DNA of 64,000 bases from NCBI RefSeq assembly GCF_009914755.1, contig NC_060933.1. One strand, 5' to 3'. Of the stretch, positions 34,219 to 53,145 are shown piece by piece. How positions within the stretch are numbered: position 1 is the first letter of the stretch; each line of letters begins with the position of its first letter. The DNA is from the human T2T-CHM13v2.0 reference genome, Homo sapiens. Made by a program: the position numbers and the translations under genes. The notes under the pieces were generated by a model. That model saw only the letters and a list, made by a program, of their open reading frames with translations, did no database searches and was not told where the DNA came from.

Positions 34219-36475
34219 GACTGAGACTGTCAGAGTGAACAACAACAACAAAACCCATGATCCACCTACATGTTGTCTACTGAAATCCTCTTTAAATATA
34301 AAATAGCGGGTAGATTTGAAGAGCTAGAGAAAGATATACCATGGTAACACTAACCAAAAAGAAAGACAGAGTATCTAAATTAATTTTAGACAAAGCCAAC
34401 TGCAGAGCAAGGAAAATTATCAGAGATGAAAAAGGGCATTACACAATAATAAAGGGGTCAATATAACAAGAAGATATAATAATGCTTAATATGTATATAC
34501 CTAGCAACAGAAGAGTCAAAATATATTAGGGGGAAACTGATAGAACTGCAAGGACAGAGAGACACATCCATTATTACCACTGGAGTCTTCAACACCCCTC
34601 TATGAGTAAGTTACAGACTCAGCAGGAAGAAAATCATTAAGGATAGATTTGAACTGAACAGCACCATCAATCAACTGGATCTAACTGAATACTTTAGAAT
34701 TCAATTAGCGTTATAGAATATTTTATCTAGACACTGCAGAATACACATTCTTCTCAAATACAAATGCACAATTCATTAAGTTAAACCACATTCTAGGCCA
34801 CAGAACACTTTACCAAATTTAAAAGAATAGAAATCACAAAAGGCATGTTCTTGAATCAGAATGGAATTAAACTAATAATAGCAGAAAGAGAGCTGAAATA
34901 TCCTCAAATACCAAAAAATTTAAAAACACATTTCTAAATAATAAAACATGGTGAAAGAGAAAGTCTCGAGAGAAACAAAATTTTTTAACTAAGCCAGTAA
35001 TTAATAACCTTCCCAAACAGAAAGTACCAAGCCCAGATGATTCACTGGTGAGTTCTATCAACATTGGAGAAATAAATGATACCAATTTTCCACAATCTGT
35101 TGCAGAAAATAGAAGCAGAGTGACTATTTCTTAACTCATTCCATGGGCCAGCATTACCCTAATACCCAAACCAGCAAAACCTTACAAAAAAGTAAACTGC
35201 AAACAAATATCTCCCTTGAACATGGATGAAGCAATCCTTAAAAAATATTAGCAAATTGAACCAAACAATTTTTAAAAATAAACACCACAACCAAGTGGGA
35301 TTTACTCTAGATATGCCTTTAACATTTGAAAATTAATTAATATAGTCCATCAGATCAACAAACTAAAGAATAAAAATCATATGCTTCCAGTACTTTCTGC
35401 TCAATTTCTATGTAAACTTAAAATTGCTAAAAAATATAAAGCCTATTAATATAAGAAAACTGATGGAGCAGAATGGAAAAATAAACAGATCCACAATTAT
35501 AGTACAGATTTCAAAATGTCTCTCTTAGCAACTGACAGAACTACTGGACAAGAAGTCAGCAAGGATATACAAGATCTGAACAACATAATCAACCAACAGG
35601 ATCTCATTGAAATACATACAGAATACTCCACTTAAGAATAGCAGAATATACATTTTTTTTTCAAATGCCCATGAAAAATTTACAAGACAGACCATATCCC
35701 TGGGAGCCAAACAAACCTCAACATATTTAAAAGAACTAAAATCACACAAAGTATATTCTCTAAGCATAATGGAATCAAACTGGAAATCAATACCAGAAAG
35801 AGAAAAAGAAAATCTCTAAACACTTAGAAATTTTTTAAAATACACTTCTAAATAAGCTACAGGTCAAAGAATATGCTTCAAAGAAATTTATTAAAATACT
35901 TAAATGAAAATGAAACTACATGAAAAACTAAATGAAAATGAGAATACAACATATCAAAATATGTGAAATGTAGGTAAAACTGTGTTGATAGGGAAAACGT
36001 AGCACTAAATGCCTACATTAGGAAAGAAGAAAGCCCTAAAGCCAATAATGTAAGTTCTTACCTCTAGAAACTAGAAAACAAAATTAACTCATACAAGCTG
36101 AAGGAAGGAGATAACAAAGAGAAGAGCAGATTTCAATAGAATTTGAAACAAAAATAATAGAGAAAATCAAGAAACGAAAATCTAGTTCTAAAAAACAGTA
36201 AGATTGAAAAACTTCTATAAAGACTGACAGACAAAAAAAGATGAGACAAACTATGAATATGAGAAATTTAAGTGGATATCACTACAGATGCTGGAGACAT
36301 CAAACGAATAATAAGAAAATACTACAAATAATTCTACACAAATCAACTTGACAATTCAGATTAATGGACAAATTTCTCAAAAAGTACAAACTACCACAAT
36401 TCACCTAACATGAAATAGGTAATTTAAGTAATTGTAATTATTAAGAAAATTGAATTCATAATTTAAAATTACTGA

Positions 36476-36827
<352 letters not shown>

Positions 36828-39179
36828 TTACTGGAGAATTCTACCAAATGTTTAAATAAAAATTAAAGTCAATTTTACATAATCTCTTCCAGAAAACAGG
36901 AGACTAGAGAATGCTACCAAATTCATTTTATGTAGGCAGTATTGTCCTGATACTGAAACCAGATAAAGACAATATGAAAAAAGAAAACTACATATCAATA
37001 TCTCTTATGAATTTGAATGCAAAAATATTCAATAAAATATTAATAAATCAAACACATTAGAAATGTATTTTTTAAATTATACATTATGGCAAAATGGGAG
37101 TTGCTCTAGTTATGCAAAGCTGATTCAACATATCAACAGACAAAAGAAGAAATATAATATTTTAATACCAATTGACACAGAAAAGACATTTGACAAAAAT
37201 CCAATGTCCTTTCAAAATAAAAACTGTCAGCCAACCAGGAATAAAAGGGAACTACCTCCACATAACATAGGAAACAAGAATGAATGCTTTTCCCCTAAGA
37301 CAGGAAACAAGGCAAGGATGTCTGCCCTCACCACTCTAGTTCAACCTAGTATTGAAAGTCTAGCTACTGCAATAAAGCAAGAAAAATAAATTAACTCCCT
37401 ACAGATTGACGAGGAAGAAATAAAGCTGACTCTACTTGCAGATGACATGATTTTCCATATAGAAAATCCCAAGGAATCTAAAAAAATATTAAGTTCAAAA
37501 AAGAGCTTATAAGATTAGTATGAAACAATCATATTTCATATTCTAACAAGAAACATATGTAAACAAAAATTTAAAGCACAACAGCACTTACAATCAATCA
37601 AGAAACTAACTAAATGCCTAAGCATACTTATAAAACATATAATCTCTGGATGCTAAGAATTACAAAATGCTGAGGCAAGAAATCAAAGATCCAAATAAAT
37701 GGAAAGATATCTCATGTTCATGGATTGGAAGACTCAAAACAGTAAAACACCAATTTTCCCTTCATTGAGCTATTATGTTTAATGTCATTCCCATAAAAAT
37801 TCTAGCAAGATGTTTGTAGACATAAACAAATTTATTACAAAATTTATACAGAATGAGGCAAGCTACAGACTTAAACAATCTTGAAAAAGAAGAATAAAGC
37901 AGGAGGAATAACTCAACCCTGCTACACAGCTACCACGTTCAAGACAGTGTGATATTGGTGGAGGCATATAAATTAATGAAACAGATAAAGAATGCAGAAA
38001 CAGACCCACCACACAAGTAAGTTCAACCAATTTTTAACGCTATTTAAAATGCAATTCAATGCAGGAAGGATAGCCTTTTCAACAAATGGTTCTGGAGCAA
38101 CTGAACATTCATAGTCAGAGAGAGTGAGAGAGAATCAACTCTCACATCTTATATAAAATGTGTCCCAAAATAGGGCATGGAATTAAAAGTAAAAGGTAAA
38201 ACTATAAAACTTTTAGGAAAAAAATTCAAAAATCTTTGGAATTGGAATTTAGGGTTAGGTAAAGAATTTTTAGAATTGACACGATGTGTACAACCCATAA
38301 AAGGAAAATATGATAAACTGAATCTCATCAAAATTAAAACTTTTGCTCTAAAAAATTCCAGTTAAGAGTCGATGAATAGGCAAGCAACAGAGTGGGAAAA
38401 AATATTCGCAAATCACATATCCAACAAAAGGCTAGTATCTAGAATATATAAAGAACTGAAAATTCAACAGTAACAAAACAAATCCAAACAATCCAATTAG
38501 AAAATGAACAACAACAAAAACATTCACAGACATCTATCTCACTGAAAACGATATACAGATGGCAAATAAGCATATAAAACATGCTCAATATTATTAGACA
38601 TCAGGGAGACACAAATTAAAACCACAATAAAGATATTACTACACAGTTATCAGAATAGCTAAAATAAAAAATAGTCACAACACCAAATGCTGATGAGCAT
38701 GTGGAGGAAATGAAATCATACACTGTTGGTGGGAATGGTACAACCATTCTAGAAAACAATTTGGCAGCTTTTTATAAAACTAAGTATGCAATTACCATAT
38801 ATGACCCACCTATTGCCCTTTGGGGCATTAATTCCAGAGAAATGAAAACTAATGTTCACACAAAACCTGTACACAATGTTCATAAAAGCTTTATTCATAA
38901 TTGCCCCAAACTGTAAACAAACAACCCAGATGCCCTTCAATGAGTGAATAAACTCTGGCATATCCATGCCACCGATTGCTAATCAGCAATGAAAAGGAAC
39001 AAATTACTGATATACACAATTATGCAAATGAATCTAGAGAGGATTACACAGAGTGAAAAAAACTCAACCACAAAGAGTACATACTATATAATTTCATTTA
39101 CATAACATTCTTGAAGTTTAAAAAAACCCATAGAAATGGAGAACATACTAGTGGTTATTAACGAGCAATAGAGCAATAG

Positions 39180-39495
<316 letters not shown>

Positions 39496-39964
39496 AATAG
39501 GAGGAATTCTTGTGCTGATGGAAATACTGTGTATCTTGACTGTATGGATGTCAAGATTCCGGCTGTGATATTGCACTATACTTCTACAAGATGTCACCTT
39601 GGGGTGGGGGAACTGCTTAACGGCTATTCGGGTTCTCTCTGTTACTTCTCACAAGTGTATGTAAATCTACAATTATCTCAAAATTTTTTTTAAATTATCT
39701 TTTCAAAAGAGGAGAAATAGGGAAATTCTCACTGATGGGAGTAGAATATTCCATTTCTTGTGTTATTTTAGCCCCTAGCCCAGTAGTTTCCAAAAGATCA
39801 CCTGGGGATTTTTTTTTTAAACGATTCCAAAGCCAAGGCTACACTTCATTCAACAGCAATGAACTAACAAATAATTAAGTTTTGTAATGCCAACTTTAAA
39901 AAACTGGAGAACTGGGAAGGAGAGTTTCTTACTTACTGAACTTATGTAAGATATCTCATTTATA

Positions 39965-40130
39965 AAAGAAACCCCATGAGATCAGTACTACAGGGTCCAT
40001 TTCATCAAAGAGGAAACAAAGTCTGAGAAAGATTAAGGAATGGCCTAAATTTCCACAACTGCTAAGTGACAGACTTAGCACTTGAACTTCAAACTTTGAA
40101 TGCAACCAGACCTTTGCTCTTTCTACTAGA
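39965..40130 (-). mobile_element. MIR
   Basis: ccatttcatcaaagaggaaacaaagtctgagaaagattaagg MIR core. Confidence 0.7.
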
Positions 40131-40236
40131 CCAAATTGGCTGGCAGGCATCCAGGGGAGAGAGGGATCACCCTGGGAAGGGACCCAGATGCCGACTGCAC
40201 AGGTCTAGCACAGTGGGTAAGATTTAAGAGTGTGAG

Positions 40237-40508
40237 GGCCGGGCGCGGTGGCTCACGCCTGTAATCCCAACACTTTGGGAGGCTGAGGCGGGCGGATCAC
40301 CTGAGGTCAGGAGTTCAAGAACAGCCTGACCAACACGGTGAAACCCCGTCTCTACTAAAAATACAAAAATTAGCCGGGCGTGGCGGCACCCGCCTGTATT
40401 CTCAGCTATTCAGGAGGCTGAGGCAGGAGAATCGCTTGAATCCGGGAGGGGAGCGGGTTGCAGTGAGCAAAGATCGTGCCACTGCACTCCAGCCTGGGTG
40501 ACAGAGAG
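40237..40508 (+). mobile_element. AluS lacking its poly(A) tail
   Basis: Ends at cctgggtgacagagag with no tail. Confidence 0.9.
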
Positions 40509-40717
40509 GTCAATCCAGGCAGAGGAAATGGTCTGGCATATTCCAGGGGCTGATTGGCCAGACGGACTAGGGAAGGCAATGCAGGTATGGGTTAGTGGAT
40601 CAGCGCAAACCACCTTCAGATGACAGTCATACACCACTTTCCAACTTAAAGATTTTGTATTGAAAATTTAAGAGTGAAATTTAATTTAAGTGGCTTTATT
40701 ATGCTACCGACATACAC

Positions 40718-40830
40718 TGTTTTTGTTTTTTTAAGACAAGGTGTTGCTCTGCTGCCCAAGCTGGAGGCAGTGAAGCAATCACAGCTCACTGCAGCCTGGA
40801 CTTCCTGGGCTCCAGTGATCCTCCCGCCTA
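40718..40830 (-). mobile_element. AluJ right-arm fragment
   Basis: ctctgctgcccaagctggaggcagtg. Confidence 0.7.
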
Positions 40831-41539
40831 TATACTATTTGGGATTGCTAAAACTAAAAAAATGAAAGGTAAATTTCAGTATTTAACTATAATTAGCAAT
40901 AAAGTGCTTTCAAGAAACTATATGGAAACTGTTGGAGAGCAGCGGTGAGTCCTGCAGGGGACTGTGGGGATTCCGGAAAGGAGGGGGAAGTTGGTCTTTA
41001 ACTTAGGAGAAGACGGTTTTGATGCAGGCAGAGTTTCCAAAACATTACTTCCATATATGAAGATTAAGGTATACATTTCTCAAGATATAATTTCAAAAAA
41101 ATGAGACACCCACTGACAAAAGGTTTTAATAACCCTAGTCATTATTTCATCCTAGACCACAGTGAAAGTGGCGGGGCTGAGGAAGGGCATATTCAGTTAA
41201 TCTAAAGGGAGGAAACAAAGGTTCCAAGTAGATTTAGAGGAAGACTTTGAGAAGAGTAAGGAGGTTACCGGTTCCCACTGGTCTTCATGAAGAACTGTTA
41301 GACCCAGCCTGCCCTACAGCCATTATCTCCTCAGTGTGAACGGAAAGCTAAGGCATAAGTTATTAGCAAAATTTCCCTTGATTAAGAAAGGACAAGTCAC
41401 TAGTCCTGCATATGAACGCGCTGAACGTCTCTCAACGGTCAGGAAGGCGCTCTTGAATGCTCTTTGGTCCAACCAAGAGCGGGAAGAGAAGGAGAGAGCG
41501 GTCAGGGCTTTGAACTAAGAGCCACGGGAGGGACCCTGG

Positions 41540-41900
<361 letters not shown>

Positions 41901-43117
41901 TTATGTGAATTAACGTTTAATTGAAATTTACATTACTGCATGTTTGCCGCGATTTGAGGAGTTGGACCTGTGTAACAATGTACTGAGCCAGAACTCAGCC
42001 TCTAAGAGAAAGCATATTGGAAGAACTGATGACCAAACTTTTGCGACGTCACGCCTAAAAATGTATCATGTAAGCAATGACTTTTTAGTTGTTAAAACCA
42101 TTTTTTTATATCAACACAAGCATGGGGCCAAACTGTTACTACCTGGACCTTTATCTTTTTAAACTCATCTGCATTTTCCTCATCTGTATGTGCCTCTATT
42201 TCTTTCATTATCGAATAAATTTATAAAAGATACATATTGGGACGATGTGACGCACATACTCACAGGTATGATAGGAAGCAGCTCTATTAAAATAAAGTGG
42301 TTTAATTATGTCAGCTTCTCCATCAGTGACCAAGCCCAGAGGAATCAGAGGCCTTGAGCTTCTAACAGCACTTTCCAGGCGGTGACCCTGAGCATCTGAC
42401 TGCCTGCTGACATCATTTCTGATGTATCTCTGTCACTTGATTACTTATATTGTTTTGATGAAATAAAAACAAAATGACTCCACAATCTCAAAAGGGAAGA
42501 AGTGCATCTTGAGTTCTTTAGTGTTCCCAACAATGGACCTCCCACCAGACTTGAAGTCACTTTAATTCTACTATGCTGGTGCTGTCTGGTCCTTTAACCT
42601 CTAATAAGATGTATTTAGAATAATGGACATTTTACATAAAAATTTTCCGAACTGGAGAAACGAAGAAACATTTGTATGGGGATTTTTTAAGAACTACGAA
42701 ACAAAACAATGTGATACATTTTACCTTGAGAAATCACCCTCCCAGCCCTTCACATCTCAGGATTTTTAATGGCTTGGCTGCTAAATGGCTAAATGGCTTG
42801 TGCGTAAGACAAATTTCACAGCCTTACTGTTACTTACACACGCCTAACAACAGAGATCAGAGGAAAGAAGGAAAAGAAAACCAGCCATGCTACTGAAATA
42901 TCTCTTTAGTCACAGAACCCATGGAGAGCAAAGGTGTGATACCCACAAATGAGCCACAAGTACAGAAAAAAATCTGCAAATTTAAATAACGAATGCAATT
43001 TTAAATTAAATTATCACTCCACTCACTGTACTCACCAAAGGAGGCTCTAAGTGTGCCTATGGTAATTTCAATTCCATGGGTTCTTCCTTTAATATTGCTC
43101 TATTTTTTTATTTTAGA

Positions 43118-43503
<386 letters not shown>

Positions 43504-43968
43504 TGAATCAAATATAGAAAAACCTATGGAACACTAAGTTGGGCATTGAAGATGCTCAACCACATGCCATTTTTGGCCATGTGTTCATGATTTCTTGTAC
43601 AATGGGAGAGAAATGATGGTCCGGAGTAGTTCACATAGGCTGGTGGGCAGTATGATAGATTTGCAGTCACCCATGGTTAAGATGTAATCACAGAAATGCC
43701 CTCAGTACTGAGAAGGGAACTGTTGAGAATACATCTGTAAAACTTGTTTTTCTGAAGAGTAGAATAGTAACCAGGGACATTATAGGATATGCATTTGTGT
43801 TTATAAAATTCCACTTGACTCACTTCTCCTTATAATATCAGTAGTAAAAGACCCAAAGAAGGACACAGACCATTGTGGTTTCCCTAATTGCTCATAATTT
43901 ATTTCAATTGATTATAAGCATATTGGAACTGGAAAGGATCTTAAAGAGCATCTAATATAACCCTTATA

Positions 43969-44078
43969 TTTTTCTTTTTCTTTTTTATTAGAGATAGGGT
44001 CTCCCTCTGTTGCCCAGCTTGGAGTGCAGTGGCACCTTCATAGTTTACTGCAGCCTCGACCTCCTGGGCTCAAGTGAA
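43969..44078 (-). mobile_element. AluJ right-arm fragment
   Basis: gagatagggtctccctctgttgcccagcttggagtgcagtgg. Confidence 0.75.
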
Positions 44079-44291
44079 TTGGACCTGAGTAGATTAATTA
44101 TAACAGTGGCTAAATGTGGAAAGGGGTTCAGAGGTGTGGCTGAGTCAGAACACACTGGAGGCTGTCTCACTAGCCCAGAAGGAGGGTAACTGTAACACGT
44201 TGATCCCTGTTCCACTCCTGTTGCTCAAATAAATATCCAACTTTGAAAATTAAGCTAATTTAACTCATGATTTTGATTGGAATTAACAGTA

Positions 44292-44945
<654 letters not shown>

Positions 44946-45299
44946 CACTTAAAATTTACTCAGTATATCATATGAAATCCCCAGCATCTGGTATACCCAT
45001 TCCTATATGTCCCAGAAGAAAAAAGAAAATAAGATCCACTGTGTTCTGTTGTCAGGAGCATACATATTAAGGTTATCTCTTTTAGAGAACTGACCCTTTC
45101 ATTTGTCTGAGAAAATCTTTATTTCTTCACTTTTCAAGGAGAAGGTTTTGTTTTGTTTTGTTTTCTCTCTTTCACACTTTAAGTATCTCACTGCATTCTT
45201 GCTGGCATGATTTCTGAAGAGAAGATGCTGTAATACTTATCTCCTATGTAGGTAAGGTGCTTTCTTCCTCTGATTATTTTTAAGAATTTACTTTTACCT

Positions 45300-45589
45300 G
45301 GCCTGGGCATGGTGGCTTATGCCTGTAATCCCAGCACTTTGGGAGGCTGAGGTGGGTGGATCACCTGAGTTCGGGAGTTGAAGACCAGCCTGACCAACAT
45401 GGAGAAACCCTGTCTGTACTAAAAATACAAAAATTAGCCAGGCATGGTGTCACATGCCCATAATCCCAGCTACTCAGGAGGCTGAGGCAGGAGAATCACC
45501 TGAACCCAGTAGGCGGAGTTGTGGTGAGCCAAGATCGTACCATTGCACTCCAGCCTGGGCAACGAGAGTAAAACTCCATCTCAAAAAAA
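45300..45589 (+). mobile_element. AluS(p/q-like)
   Basis: Dimeric Alu; TSD-like ga(a/g)tttactttta(c/t)ct. Confidence 0.92.
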
Positions 45590-46136
45590 GGAGTTTACTT
45601 TTATCTTTGAATTCTATAGTTTGAAAATATATGCCTGGTAGAGTTTTGGGGGCATTTCTCCTTCTTTGGTGTTCTCTAAACTTCCTGGATTTGTGGTTTG
45701 GTGTCTGATACTAATTTGTGGGAATTCTCAGTCATTATTTCTTCAAATATGCTTCTGTTCCTTTCTTTCTTTCTTCTCCTAGAATTCTCTTTACATGTAT
45801 GTTACACCTTTTGTAGTTGTGCCACTGTACTCAGATATTATGTTCTGGGTTTTCTTTTTGCAGGGGGTGGGGTTCAGTCTTTTTTTCTCTTTGCTTTTCA
45901 GTTTTGCAAGTTTCTATTGAGGTATCTCTAAGCTTAGGGATTCTTTCCAAAGCTGTGCCTGGTCTACTAATAAGCCCATCAAAGGCATTCTTCATTTCTG
46001 TTATGCTGTTTTTGATCTCTAGCACTCCTTTTTGCTTCTTAGAATTTCCATCTTGCTGCTTACATTGTTCATCTGGTCTTGCATGCTATCTACTTTACCC
46101 ATTACAGCTTTTTCCATATTAATTATAGTTGTTTAA

Positions 46137-46866
<730 letters not shown>

Positions 46867-48368
46867 TCCAGCTGAAATTTTTTCTTGATAACCAGATGTG
46901 ATGTACCAGGTAAAAGTAACTGTAACTGCTGTAAAGAGGCCTGCAGTACTATAAGTAACATGTGTGGGAAGGGGAAAGGTTCTGTAGTCCTGTGATTAGG
47001 TCTGAGTCCTTTAGGGAGCCTGTGCCTCTGGGCTGTGACCTTCACAAGAGCTTCTCAGCCCTCCCTCCCATCACCACCCTTACATGGGACAGGATGGCCA
47101 GAGGTGGGTAATTTCCTTCCTCCAGGCAGGTTAGGCTCTGAAAACAAAAAACAAAACAAAACAAAACAAAAGAAAACAAAACACCAGTAGCTTAGGTGAA
47201 ATATTTGCCCTTGAGGAAAGACCTTGTTAAGAAGAACAGAAAGCTCTGGTGTACTTCAAGACGGTTCCTTTTCACCTTCCCTTTCTGGAAGCATGAGGAG
47301 ATTTTTCTCCAACATTCACTGTGAGAACCCAGTCAAGCTAGGTGTCAAACTCACAGAAGTGTGGGGATCCTTCTCTGTCTGGGTCTTCCTGGAGTTTTTA
47401 ACTCTCAGATGTGTCCACATCAAACATCCAACAATTCGTCAATTAAGTTTAGGTTTTCCTACCTTGACAACGGTTTCCCCAAAGGTTAGTGCTTGTGGAA
47501 GAAAACTGTCATTCTGTATATAAGCCTGCCTGTCTCTCCAATTTTGAGGGGCAGTGGTTTGTTCTGTGACCTCACTTCTCTGCTGGATCTAAAAAAATTG
47601 GTTAATTTTTCAGTTTGCCTGGCTTTTTACTTGTTCTTAAGATAGAGTGCTGACTTCCAAGCTCTGAAGCAACTGCTTTTTGAAGGTTATTACGATATAT
47701 ACATTTCAAGCTATTAGAGTAGTTTGAAATTGCACATTTTATAATCATTATTGCTTGATTTGTACAACTAGAGAATTTATTACTGGCTATAGAGCAATGC
47801 GGCATCTAAAGAGAAGGTGACATTTTCTAGGGCAGAAAAGAGACCAGAGTTTAGTGATTCCCCTACCATTAGCTAGATTTTGTCAGTAGATACTTCCCTA
47901 ACCAACTTTTCTGAGCCTTGATTTCCTCATCTTAAAATGATGACAACCAAGGTCCTTCCTGGTTGTGACTTTGGTTGAGTCTTTTGATATCCACCAAGAC
48001 CATTTTTATGGGATTTCTCACTTTGCTTTCATTGTTTGAGTCGGGATTTTGGAGGTAATTGGTATCTTATGGCAGAACGCCTGTGTTTCTTTATCTTCAG
48101 CACATTGCTGTGCAGGTGGCTCTGAATCTTCTGAACATCCCCTGTAAAGTTTTACTATTTTTTGACAATCTTTGCTAAGGCACTTTAAATGCCCATGTAA
48201 TTTCAGTTATTTGTTTCTTTATCCTTGATGCTTGCTGACCCATTTGGTTATTGTCCAAATTTATGAAACTTTTGAAACCTTTTGTCAGCACAATAAATGA
48301 GAACAGTTTATTCCAGATTTCCACTTTGCAGAGAGTTGGAAGAGCTAGGTGACAACAAATTTCTGTAA

Positions 48369-48739
<371 letters not shown>

Positions 48740-49143
48740 CAAGCAGTGTTCATTTCTAATATCTAAAGCATGAGAAATAATCAAGTTTCTTTGGTTATGA
48801 AAAAATTATATGACATAAAAATCACTAAATTATTTAAGATGCACATAGAACATTAACATATCTATGTTATTTCTTAGCATTTTTAAACACCTCTGTTTTT
48901 TCTAAATACAGAAAGCATGTAAATCACCGAATCAGAGGTTTGTATTTTATCATGATGCACATGAACAGATGTATTATGAGGAGTGTAGGAGCTAGAGAGA
49001 TGCCTTGGCAGAGCATTGAATCTTGCCTATAATCCAACCCAGGCAAAGAAGAAATACAAGAAAATTTTGTTGACAACAAAATTAATAAATACATATTTAA
49101 TGCTTCTACTTAGCAAGTACACACTATCAAACTGCATGTTTTA

Positions 49144-49506
<363 letters not shown>

Positions 49507-51115
49507 TTAAATCTATTTTTATTAACAAAGGAGAAAAAAATTACCTAGTCAAAATACATTCAAATGTTGGATGTTGTTAGATGCTGAATAAATATTCGGT
49601 CACAGTGTATTTCTATTTTGAGGAAGAAGGAAAGATTGTGTTGGTGTTCAAACATGAAGATGTGCTTACAGTGGGAATGCGATACTATCTTCAATAGACA
49701 ATCTTTTGGCAATGTCTAGAGACTGTACTTTCTCTACATAAATGTTTTCTTTTGCTTTTAGGCAAGAAAGCATGCAAACTCTGAAGCACAGTGTAAAACA
49801 CTTGAAGAGATACGAGAGGAAAACTTTGTGAATCTGAATTCTGCGTGCTATTGAAGCATGGTTCTTTTCAAACTCATGGCAAATATACCTCAGAATTAAA
49901 CTCTATAATTAAGGAAGAAACCCTCATTCTCCCTGTAATAACTGAATACCTAAGCACATTAAAAGGCCTAAATAATCTGGTATTTTCCCATAAGCATTCT
50001 GTAAAGTTTTTCTTAAGCTATGCGGCAGTTATACCCTTTGCTTCCTTTAAAACAATATGAATGAGCATTTTAAAGAGATAAATGGAATTTATAAGCTATC
50101 AACTTCTCGTCATTAAAAAATAATTAAAGCTGATTTAAAAAAGAAACGTCCCTAAGTATTTTGCAAGTGACAATTCAAGACAGCTGAAATTCAAAACAGG
50201 AGAGAAACTTTTTTGAAAGATATCCCTATATAATGTAAATTTACTCTAGCATAATTGAATATTTTCATTTGTGCAAGTAAATGTTTTACCAAGTACAAGG
50301 TATGGAATTAATATCTGCAGGAGATGGACATTGCTAATCTTTATTTTTGTGCCACTTATGGCATATTGATTTAAATAGATACATATATTTGTATATGTCT
50401 GGTAGGATTCACTCAAATTAATAACAATACTTAAATATAGGGCACAGACTAGGTTTGGAATGGAGACAAATATTGAGGAAAGTGACTAGAACTTGTGCTT
50501 TATGTGAACTGTTTGGCTTTTTAAATGATAATGTATACATGTATTAATGTATAGTATATATTAATTGAATACAATTGATTTTAATTGTATAATTAATTAT
50601 ATACAATGAGTTATATACAATTAATAATTATATACAATTAATTAGTTGCACATAATTGATACATGTTATACAATTAGAAATACAAAATAACCTATTCAAC
50701 TAGGTGTGGCAGTCTAGTCTCACAGTGAATGACTGTGGGCTTGGCAAATTTCTACCTATAGCCGTCAATTATTAGATGAGACTGACACTTGAAATACTTT
50801 TTCAATCTCCTGATATTTTCCCTCAGAAGTTTTTGGAGTTATATTTTGATTGCAGTGAATAACCATGGACTAATATAACTCATTGATTAATTGCAACATT
50901 AAATGCAATCAGACAATGCTGAGTGTGGTGGCAGATATAAATTTTCCAGGTAACACACAAGAATAGGCTTCTGCTTTTAGGTAAGATACTATGCCTGGAG
51001 GATGAAAGATACACAGAAGTAAAAGATGTGGTCCCTGCACCAACTCTATGACCTTATCAAGACATTCAGCCTCTGGTGTGAGAGGCCACTCAACTCCTAG
51101 AAAATGTGTCACAGC

Positions 51116-51443
<328 letters not shown>

Positions 51444-51994
51444 TTATAAACAGGGACCCTTCTAGTACAAAAATCATACTTCATGCTTCAATCTGTGAGA
51501 GTCACTCCTGGACTGTCTCCTCTTTTGCCCAGATCCTTTACAGAACCTCAGGACTGGGAGCGCAGAATTCTCATTGCATGTATGAAGTGTGGTTTTAACA
51601 CTCCACAGCCTGCCTTTCTCCTGTGGCTTTTGTGAAAATCAAATGTCTCATGGAAGAGTTCTTAAAAGTTTCAATTAGGAACTCAGGATGAGCAAGTGGA
51701 ACTGAGGACTTTGCATCTCTGTTTCCTTGAAGACCCAGGGATGGGCGAAATATTCCTGAGGAGAAGTTGCTCAGAAACGTCAGTAGAGATATACAGAAAG
51801 AAAACTCTAAAAGTTAAAAACAAATAGGAAAAAAAAGGCTTTTCAGATTCTGTGATGTTCTAATTATAACAGGTTAGAGTTCAATAAAACGGCATGGCCT
51901 TTGAAATTCACAGAGGGTGATTCTTCAGTAAAGACAGATGATTTTTAATATGGCAGAGGCAGTTGAGAAGTGTTAGAATATGCCATCCCTTAGA

Positions 51995-52165
51995 CATTGT
52001 TCTTACACTTAAATGTCTACCAGAAGCATGAGGAAGGTTGGTTACAAGAGACTCGGGGCCCCATCTCCAGCGATTCTGATTTAGTAGGTTTGGGTAAGGC
52101 CTGAGAGTCTTTACTTGCAACAGGTTCCCAGGGGCTGTGGGTGCTGCTGGTGCATGGACCACCAA
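51995..52165. mobile_element. MER5A
   Basis: gggccccatctccagcgattctgatttagtaggtttgggtaaggcctgaga...caggttcccagg. Confidence 0.75.
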
Positions 52166-52179
52166 TCAGGCATCCTGGA

Positions 52180-52390
52180 GCCAAGGCTGTGGAGCCAACC
52201 TCCTTAGCTCAACTCCTCATCTTCCCACAAACTAGCTGGGGGCCAAGTTACTTAACCTCTTTCTGTCCTCAACTCTGCAATGAAGATAATAAGAGTACTT
52301 TCTTCCAGCTGCTTTAGGGTTAAATGAGTTAATATATGCAAAGCAATAGCAGAGGGCTGACATAAGTACTCAATACATTAATACTTTTAC
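52180..52390 (+). mobile_element. MIR
   Basis: caagttacttaacctctttctgtcctca...agggttaaatgagttaatatatgcaaagc. Confidence 0.75.
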
Positions 52391-52848
52391 AATTATTCAC
52401 TTTACAATCATCATCACCACCACCAAAGAAAATCACAGTCATTGTAAGAGATCTTAAAGGTCCTCTAGTTTCTAGCTGATATCCCATTACCTCTTCAAAA
52501 ATCTTGCCATGTACAATCCCATGATTGCATCATCCCAGTGATTGTTAAAAAATCTTTAAATACCTTAAATGTAACATTGACAGCCTGGCAAGGGGTTGTT
52601 TTTCCACCTTTCTTTGACTGAGAAGATTCTCAGAATTAAAATTATGGTCCAACTCAAGTAATGGAACAAGCTGTTAACATCATGCATTTTTAATTTAATT
52701 TAGTTTCTACCTTTTACTATATCTGATTCTCCTAGACTTATTTCCCCATTGCTTGCCAGTTTCTTTTTTTCAATCCTATGCGTACCACGTATTTCTGTGC
52801 ACTGTCTCAACACCCTTGTATTAAATAAGGTGGATTAAAAGTAAACTA

Positions 52849-53145
<297 letters not shown>

